This document shows positions 58,357 through 64,000 of a stretch of 64,000 nucleotides of DNA, piece after piece (the first letter of the stretch is position 1; each line of letters begins with the position of its first letter). The position numbers and the translations under genes are program-made. The DNA lies in the IMG/VR virus record IMGVR_UViG_3300020473_000015. One strand, 5' to 3'. The notes under the pieces are model-generated. The model searched no databases. It worked only from the letters and a program-made list of their open reading frames with translations, and had not been told where the DNA came from. The stretch is from a virus.

Positions 58357-61300
58357 ATGAAGTTTGCACACATTGCCGATACACACATAAAAAATTTAAA
58401 ATATCACTATGAATACCGAGAGGTGTTTAAAAAGCTTTACGAAAAACTTCGTGAAGAGAAAGTAGATTATATTATTCATTGCGGAGACATAGCGCACACA
58501 AAGACGCAGCTATCACCTGAATACTTTGATCTCTGTTCCAGCTTTTTGTCGTCATTGGCGTCAATAGCACCTACTTATGTAATTCTCGGGAACCATGATG
58601 GTAATCTGAAGAACAGCAGTCGGCAAGATGCCATTACACCAGTAGCGGAAGCTTTAGACGATCCAAATCTGTTTTTACTTAAAGACAGTGGGGAGGTAAA
58701 TTTAAATGGAAACTTTACACTTAACGTTCTTAGTGTTTTTGATAGGGATAATTGGATTAGCCCTTCCGATAATAGAAAAATCAATATTGCTCTTTATCAC
58801 GGCGCTATTAGTAATAGTAGGACTGATTTGGGTTGGATTATGGAGCACGGCGAGGATAATTTATCAATATTTGAGGAATTTGATTATGCCTTCTTGGGCG
58901 ACATTCACAAAACAAATCAAATATTAGATCATAACGGTAAAATAAGATATGCTGGTTCAACCGTACAACAAAATCACGGCGAAACAAATGATAAAGGATT
59001 TTTAGTTTGGGAAATTGAAGACAAAGATAACTATACTTGTCGCCATGTGGAGTTAAAAAATCCAAAACCCTTTATAACAATTGAGTTAACGCCAAAAGGC
59101 AGAATGCCCAATAAATTAAAAATTCCAGTTGGTGCACGAGTGCGCCTAGTATCCAATAATAACTTGCCACTTAGTACAATGAAAAAGGCTGTGGAAGTTG
59201 CGAAACATAGATTTAAGCCTGAAAGCATCACATTCTTAAACAGAGCGGCAGGAGAAAGAGGCAACGTTGACGAATTTACAGATGGGTTAGAAAACGATAA
59301 TCTGAGAGATGTTGCAGTACAAGAAGAGTTGATAAGAGAATATTTAAAAGACTTTCAGGCTGACGAAGAATTAATAGAACGTGTCTTAAAGTTGAACTCC
59401 AAGTACAATACGGCTGTTGAAGAGAATGAGGAGGTTAATAGAAATGTTAATTGGAAACTCGATAAGATAGAATGGGACAATCTATTTAATTATGGAGAGG
59501 GGAATTCTGTTGATTTTCATAAAACTACTGGAATGGTTGGTGTTTTTGGAAAGAATTTTTCTGGTAAGTCTAGTATTATCGACAGTATGCTTTTTACTAT
59601 GTTTAATTCTACTAGCAAAAATGAACGAAAAAACCTCAACATCATCAATCAAAACAAAGATTATGGACAAGGGAAACTCCAAATTTCAGTCGGAAATAAA
59701 CAATACACCATTGAGCGAAGAGCAGACAAATATACGAAAAAGCTAAAAGGCGAGGAAACTCTAGAGGCTAAAACAGATTTAAATTTTGAATGCTATGATG
59801 CTGCGACAGGTGAAACCACTAGCTTAAATGGAACCACAAGAAACGAAACAGACAAAATCATAAGAAAACATTTTGGCACAATGGAAGATTTCTTAATGAC
59901 TTCAATGTCTTCTCAGCTTGGCGCCCTACAATTTATTAGTGAGGGTTCGACAAAGAGAAAGGAAATCCTTGCAAAATTTCTTGACTTGGAAATGTTTGAT
60001 AAGAAATTCAAGTTGGCAAAAGAAGATGTAACTGATCTAAGAGGGGCACTTAAAAGACTTGAGGGAAAAGAATTTGATGATGATATCTTTAATGCAGAAA
60101 AAGAAATTATATTAAATGAAGCTGCAACTCGTGAACATTCTGAAAATTGCGAGAATATTAAGAAAGAGCTTTCAGAGATACAATTTAATGTTGATGAAAT
60201 ACAAAAGTCTATCGATTCCATTCCAGCAGAGCTAATTGATATCAATGCTGTTATTAATATGACTAGTGAGAAAGAAAAACAGTCTGCAGATTTTATTGTT
60301 GATATCATGAACTTTCAAGAAAATCTTGTAGAAAAAGAAAATCTTGTCAAGAAAATTGATAGTTTTATTAGTGGATTTAATACAGAAGACTTATATGAAA
60401 AGCAAAGTAAAGTTGCTGAAAAATTACTAACACTTAGGGGGCTTTCTGATGAGTTGGCTTTCTTGGAAAAAGAAAAAGAAACCAAAGAAAAAAGAATTGG
60501 TTTATTAAAAGAAGTTCCATGCGGAAGTCAATTTCCTAATTGTAAGTTTATTTGTGATGCACATAACGCTTCTGATGGAATGGTAGATCTCTTATCAAAA
60601 GTAGAATCATTAAATAAGCAGTCTGGCAATGTTAATGCAGAGATTGAGGAGTTAAACCCAGAACAGATTGAAGATTACCTTAAAAAATATAAAGAAGTAT
60701 TAAGTAAGAAGGAAACTACTGAACTTGACATATCTAAAATAAAAGTTGAGATTGAGCGAGGCGAAGTTAATTTAAAAAGCCTAGAGAATGAAATTAAAGA
60801 GTTAGAAGAGAAAAAACAAATTTATTATGAGAACAAAGATGTTATTGAAAATAAAGGATCATTCATTAAACAACTGGCAAAAGAAAAGAAATCTTACTTA
60901 GCAAAAGAAAAAGAGTTGAAAAAATGCCAAGATGCAATAATGGAATTTTATAGAGAGCACGGATCTCTAGAGCAGAAGCTAAACTCCCTCAAAGAACAAA
61001 AAGAGGAGCTACAAAGCCTCAGAGAAGATTATTCAGCTTATGATTTGTTTATGCACTGTATGCATGCAAATGGAATTTCATATGATATTATTAAAAAGAA
61101 GTTGCCAATAATCAACAATGAGGTTGCAAAAGTTATTGCTAACGTTGTTGACTTTGAGGTTTTCTTTGAGAATGATGGAAAGCACATGAAGATCTTTATT
61201 AAACACCCCAAACACGAACCTCGACCTATTGAAATGGGTAGCGGTGCAGAAAAAACAATTGCTGCAATGGCAATTCGTTTAGCGCTGCTGTCTGTTTCAA

Positions 61301-61509
61301 GCCTTCCAAAAAGTGACATATTTATCTTAGATGAACCAGGAACTGCTCTGGATGCAGACAATATGGATGGTTTTATTTCTATTTTAGAACTAATTAAAAC
61401 ATACTTCAAAACTGTTATTTTGATTTCTCATCTTGACAGTCTGAAGGATTGTGTAGACCAACAGATTGTCATTGACAAGAAAGAGGGGTTTGCACATATA
61501 ACAGTGTAA
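58357..61509 (+). CDS. Fused SbcD-SbcC (Mre11-Rad50; T4 gp47-gp46-like) nuclease-ATPase
   Basis: Phosphoesterase motifs ADTH, HCGD, GNHD, YHG, GDIH; Walker A GKNFSGKS; long coiled coil; signature GSGAEK; Walker B ILDEP; H-loop ISH. Confidence 0.93.
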   Translation: MKFAHIADTHIKNLKYHYEYREVFKKLYEKLREEKVDYIIHCGDIAHTKTQLSPEYFDLCSSFLSSLASIAPTYVILGNHDGNLKNSSRQDAITPVAEALDDPNLFLLKDSGEVNLNGNFTLNVLSVFDRDNWISPSDNRKINIALYHGAISNSRTDLGWIMEHGEDNLSIFEEFDYAFLGDIHKTNQILDHNGKIRYAGSTVQQNHGETNDKGFLVWEIEDKDNYTCRHVELKNPKPFITIELTPKGRMPNKLKIPVGARVRLVSNNNLPLSTMKKAVEVAKHRFKPESITFLNRAAGERGNVDEFTDGLENDNLRDVAVQEELIREYLKDFQADEELIERVLKLNSKYNTAVEENEEVNRNVNWKLDKIEWDNLFNYGEGNSVDFHKTTGMVGVFGKNFSGKSSIIDSMLFTMFNSTSKNERKNLNIINQNKDYGQGKLQISVGNKQYTIERRADKYTKKLKGEETLEAKTDLNFECYDAATGETTSLNGTTRNETDKIIRKHFGTMEDFLMTSMSSQLGALQFISEGSTKRKEILAKFLDLEMFDKKFKLAKEDVTDLRGALKRLEGKEFDDDIFNAEKEIILNEAATREHSENCENIKKELSEIQFNVDEIQKSIDSIPAELIDINAVINMTSEKEKQSADFIVDIMNFQENLVEKENLVKKIDSFISGFNTEDLYEKQSKVAEKLLTLRGLSDELAFLEKEKETKEKRIGLLKEVPCGSQFPNCKFICDAHNASDGMVDLLSKVESLNKQSGNVNAEIEELNPEQIEDYLKKYKEVLSKKETTELDISKIKVEIERGEVNLKSLENEIKELEEKKQIYYENKDVIENKGSFIKQLAKEKKSYLAKEKELKKCQDAIMEFYREHGSLEQKLNSLKEQKEELQSLREDYSAYDLFMHCMHANGISYDIIKKKLPIINNEVAKVIANVVDFEVFFENDGKHMKIFIKHPKHEPRPIEMGSGAEKTIAAMAIRLALLSVSSLPKSDIFILDEPGTALDADNMDGFISILELIKTYFKTVILISHLDSLKDCVDQQIVIDKKEGFAHITV

Positions 61510-61522
61510 GGAGAGCAACATA

Positions 61523-61762
61523 ATGTCAGGAGGTTTTTCATTTGGTGGCGGCGAAGAAGAGGGCGGCTCTGAAAGCGCCCTCAACGAACAGACGCCAACC
61601 AAAATAGATGGTAAGTTTACCATTTATGCAATTCAAAATTTAACTGCAAATCATGATCATAGTGATGATGTTGATCAAGTTCCTTTTTTCTTAAACACTG
61701 TTGGAGTTCCTACGTTAAGGGGCAGAACTGAAACAACAGGGCCCTATAAAGCAGAGACTTAA
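61523..61762 (+). CDS. Hypothetical protein
   Basis: AAGGAG SD; 79 aa with a Gly/Glu-rich N-terminus. Confidence 0.7.
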   Translation: MSGGFSFGGGEEEGGSESALNEQTPTKIDGKFTIYAIQNLTANHDHSDDVDQVPFFLNTVGVPTLRGRTETTGPYKAET

Positions 61763-61775
61763 GGGGGATTAAAAT

Positions 61776-61967
61776 ATGACAAGGCAAATAATTGATAAAG
61801 GTTTAAGTAAACTATTATCTAGAAAACTTATGGTTTGGTCGACAGCAACATATTTGATGTTGTTTACCACTTCGCTGGAAAGCAGCGATTGGGTTGCTAT
61901 TTCACTAGCCTATATCGGAATTCAAGGGTTGGCAGATATTGCCACGCGCTGGAGACATGGAAAATGA
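61776..61967 (+). CDS. Putative holin (two transmembrane helices)
   Basis: 63 aa; KLLSRKLMVW + TM1, short loop, TM2, basic C-terminus; GGGGGA SD. Confidence 0.55.
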   Translation: MTRQIIDKGLSKLLSRKLMVWSTATYLMLFTTSLESSDWVAISLAYIGIQGLADIATRWRHGK

Positions 61968-62368
61968 TGACATTGTTGGCCATAAAAACTTTTTTAAAGA
62001 AAAGTTGGGTGTGGCTTAAACATAATTGGAAGGCACCAGCAGTTGTTTTGTATACTATAGTTTTGTGGCTTTTGTTTAGGCAAAAAGATAAAGCTAGCAA
62101 AGTTCTAGAAGTGAGAGCAGATAGTTACAAGAAGCAAATAGATGCCATCAATGAAATTCATAAAGAAGAAATTAATAAAAAGAATAAAATATTAGAAAAG
62201 TATGGTAATATCTTATTTGAGCTAGAAGAAAAATATGAAAAAGAGAGCTTAAAATTAGATAAAGAAAAGAAAAAAGAAATTAAAAAACTTGTAGAAGACT
62301 ACAATGAAAAACCAGATGAATTAGCAAAACTTCTGGCAGAAAAATATGGATTAGATTATGTTGAATAA
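61964..62368 (+). CDS. Membrane-anchored coiled-coil protein (i-spanin-like)
   Basis: ATGA-coupled start at 61964; TM segment PAVVLYTIVLWLLF followed by a charged coiled coil. Confidence 0.6.
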   Translation: MMTLLAIKTFLKKSWVWLKHNWKAPAVVLYTIVLWLLFRQKDKASKVLEVRADSYKKQIDAINEIHKEEINKKNKILEKYGNILFELEEKYEKESLKLDKEKKKEIKKLVEDYNEKPDELAKLLAEKYGLDYVE

Positions 62369-62819
62369 ATTGACAGCTTTATTATTGTCGGCCTGTTTGA
62401 TATTTTTGCCTGTCGTGGCGATGGCTGAAATTTCATTGCCACCTAAAGGAAAAATAACAGGACTTCGTTATAAACAGCCAGCACCATATTCTGGAGTGCT
62501 TTTGAATAGTGTTGCCGCAGCCAAACTTTTGACAGATAGTAAATATTCAGACAAGCAGTGGGAACTTAGACTACAATATGAATTAGCAAAAGAATCTGCT
62601 CGCTTAAATTTGATTATAGAAACTCAAAAGGTTTCATACGTGTCTCTTCAAGAAAAACACAAAACATTATTAGATATTAAAAATAAAGAAATTGAAAGAT
62701 TGAGCACAATTGCCAGTAATACAAACGATCATTCAAAATGGTGGGCAACAGGCGGTGTTGCAGTTGGTATTGTATTAACTATAGCAGTAGTCTTTGCTGT
62801 CAACGAGGGGACAAAATAA
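62358..62819 (+). CDS. Exported protein with signal peptide/lipobox and C-terminal TM (spanin-like)
   Basis: MLNKLTALLLSAC (LSAC lipobox) or AMA|E SPI site; coiled coil; C-terminal TM GGVAVGIVLTIAVVFAV. Confidence 0.6.
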   Translation: MLNKLTALLLSACLIFLPVVAMAEISLPPKGKITGLRYKQPAPYSGVLLNSVAAAKLLTDSKYSDKQWELRLQYELAKESARLNLIIETQKVSYVSLQEKHKTLLDIKNKEIERLSTIASNTNDHSKWWATGGVAVGIVLTIAVVFAVNEGTK

Positions 62820-63250
62820 TGCCAAGAGTTGGTAATTTATCTTTAAACCAATTAATAGAATTAATTAAGTTATATGGTGGAGGCTCTGGCGGCGGCGGTG
62901 GTGGATCTGGTGATGTAACTGGTCCCGGCTCCAGCACAGGCAACGCAGTCGCGCGCTTCGATGGTACTGGAGGCAAAACACTTAAAAACTCCGGAGTTAC
63001 CGTCGATGATAGTAATAATATGACAGTTGCTGGCGACATTACAGTAGAAGGTTCTGATGTTGTAATAAAAAATGGAAGCAACACTGCGACTATTTCAATC
63101 GATTCTGACGGAAATGTGACAATAACACCATCAGTGGCAGATGGCAGAATTAGATTAGACACAAATATAATAGAAGATAAAGGTGGCGGCGTTATTGAAA
63201 AAATTGATGGCGAGTCCGCACGCGTAGCAAGCGAAGTGTTGGGAGGCTAA
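62819..63250 (+). CDS. Tail-fibre-like / virion protein
   Basis: TAATG-coupled start at 62819; poly-Gly linker, then GDVTGPGSSTGNAVARFDGTGGKTLKNS, a motif typical of phage fibre proteins. Confidence 0.6.
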   Translation: MPRVGNLSLNQLIELIKLYGGGSGGGGGGSGDVTGPGSSTGNAVARFDGTGGKTLKNSGVTVDDSNNMTVAGDITVEGSDVVIKNGSNTATISIDSDGNVTITPSVADGRIRLDTNIIEDKGGGVIEKIDGESARVASEVLGG

Positions 63251-63252
63251 TC

Positions 63253-63699
63253 ATGGCAACATTTAGTAAACAATTTTTCAGCAGTTCCCTTAGCCCTGGA
63301 TCTGGGAGTTATTTTGGACTGCCAATAGAAGTTTTACAAACTGCTAGCTATCCAGCAATTACAGAATACGGAACTGTAATTCACACTCCACCTGAAGGGT
63401 CAACTGAAATTGATGAAGTGTGGATGTATGCAACTAATGTCGGCACAGCCCCAAAAACCTTAGTGGTACAATTTGGAAATTCTGGGAGTGCTTATGAACT
63501 GGTTCAAGAGGTGCCTTCCAGAAGTGGATTGACATTGGTGGTGCCAGGATTAGTAATAGGAAAAACAGGGAGTTTAGCAGGTACCCCAAGCTTACCTCAA
63601 GGTGCTCAAATTGCAGCATATGCCGGTGCATCTTCTGACGATGATCATTCCGATATATTAATAACTGGCTATGTCAACAGAATTAGTGGGAGTGCCTAA
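63253..63699 (+). CDS. Hypothetical phage structural protein
   Basis: MATFSKQ..GTVIHT..IDEVWMYATN..GYVNRI beta-rich pattern. Confidence 0.65.
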   Translation: MATFSKQFFSSSLSPGSGSYFGLPIEVLQTASYPAITEYGTVIHTPPEGSTEIDEVWMYATNVGTAPKTLVVQFGNSGSAYELVQEVPSRSGLTLVVPGLVIGKTGSLAGTPSLPQGAQIAAYAGASSDDDHSDILITGYVNRISGSA

Positions 63700-64000
63700 T
63701 GGCCTCTAAGGATACGAGAAGATTAAATCCGGGCATTCAAGTTAAGAATATGTTCGTTGGCCCCGGCACAAAAGTTAACCCGCACTTAGTACCAGAAACA
63801 TCAAATGCTCAGGTAGTCTCAATGAAGGGTCCCAAACTTGATGTATCTGGAGCGGCACCTTCGTTGTGTTTTGCTTTTAATACGTCTGGGGCGTTTAATC
63901 GTGAAACTCCTGGAGACTGGTTATCAGCTAGCGCCATCGATCTTGACGGTTCTAACGAATATCTTAACATGAGTGATCATGGCGATATTCTAACGAATAT
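63699..64000 (+). CDS. Partial CDS, probable LamG-domain virion protein (3'-truncated)
   Basis: TAATG-coupled ATG 63699, open to the window end: MASKDTRRLNPG...SAIDLDGSNEYLNMSDH; the FDGxxxY-like motif begins LamG domains. Confidence 0.6.
   Translation, partial: MASKDTRRLNPGIQVKNMFVGPGTKVNPHLVPETSNAQVVSMKGPKLDVSGAAPSLCFAFNTSGAFNRETPGDWLSASAIDLDGSNEYLNMSDHGDILTN

Larger units (their letters stand above)
1..64000 (+). mobile_element. Segment of a large myovirus-like (jumbo) phage genome
   Basis: All credible genes lie on one strand with TAATG/ATGA overlaps. Contains gp25-like, T4 gp6-like wedge and gp5/spike-like genes, a phage sigma-like factor, primase, RuvC-like resolvase, gp46/gp47-like nuclease, Hsp20 and a holin-like gene. 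No bacterial housekeeping operons. Confidence 0.9.

Noticed and set aside
61835-61963. N-terminal extension of the i-spanin-like ORF overlapping the holin
   Set aside because: The ATGA-coupled start at 61964 is more plausible; the extension has no SD. Similar over-extended starts were trimmed at 1243, 3593, 7165, 13857 and 62738.
1450-63631. About 60 short minus-strand and nested plus-strand ORFs in the track (e.g. 4877..5350, 16963..17331, 59913..60308, 62800..63162)
   Set aside because: All lie within longer motif-bearing plus-strand genes, lack SDs and recognisable motifs, and read as antisense shadows (e.g. poly-Pro opposite poly-Gly).
1-64000. CRISPR arrays, tRNAs, rRNA, introns/inteins, IS elements, diversity-generating retroelement repeats
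   Set aside because: The largest intergenic gaps are about 100 nt and were read by eye. No spaced direct repeats, cloverleafs, transposase, RT or intein motifs were seen; a short tRNA or intein could still be missed without tRNAscan or HMMs.

Overview
AT-rich, tightly packed, all plus-strand segment of a large (jumbo-type) contractile-tailed dsDNA phage genome; no capsid, terminase or sheath genes are recognisable in this window. Layout: (1) 1-14.6 kb, an 18-gene glycan biosynthesis and decoration island: GT4 x2, GT2, rmlC/B/D, neuA/neuB-like, DegT aminotransferase plus WbqC, pyruvyltransferase, two Fe/2OG oxygenases, two methyltransferases, a GT8-like gene, a HAD phosphatase and a DUF115/Maf-like gene. 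(2) 14.7-16.5 kb, a small cassette with an FmdB zinc ribbon and a phage sigma-like factor. (3) 16.5-54.6 kb, a baseplate/virion module: a gp5-like hub carrying two alpha/beta-hydrolase repeats and a MepA-like endopeptidase, a separate HxH spike, gp25, a gp6-like wedge, a DNRLRE protein, a 3125-aa LamG protein and several orphan giants. (4) 54.6-61.5 kb, RuvC-like resolvase, primase, KamA-family radical SAM aminomutase, Hsp20 and a fused SbcD-SbcC nuclease. (5) 61.8-64 kb, a holin-like membrane trio and fibre-like genes. Non-coding signals seen by eye: a canonical ROSE-type RNA thermometer hairpin on the hsp20 leader, three sigma70-like promoters in the replication region, a recurring CTAHTTA motif 24-32 nt upstream of six genes (candidate late promoter), a strong terminator-like hairpin, and apparent over-representation of the palindrome GGCGCC. 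All product calls come from motifs recognised by eye; no database searches were run.
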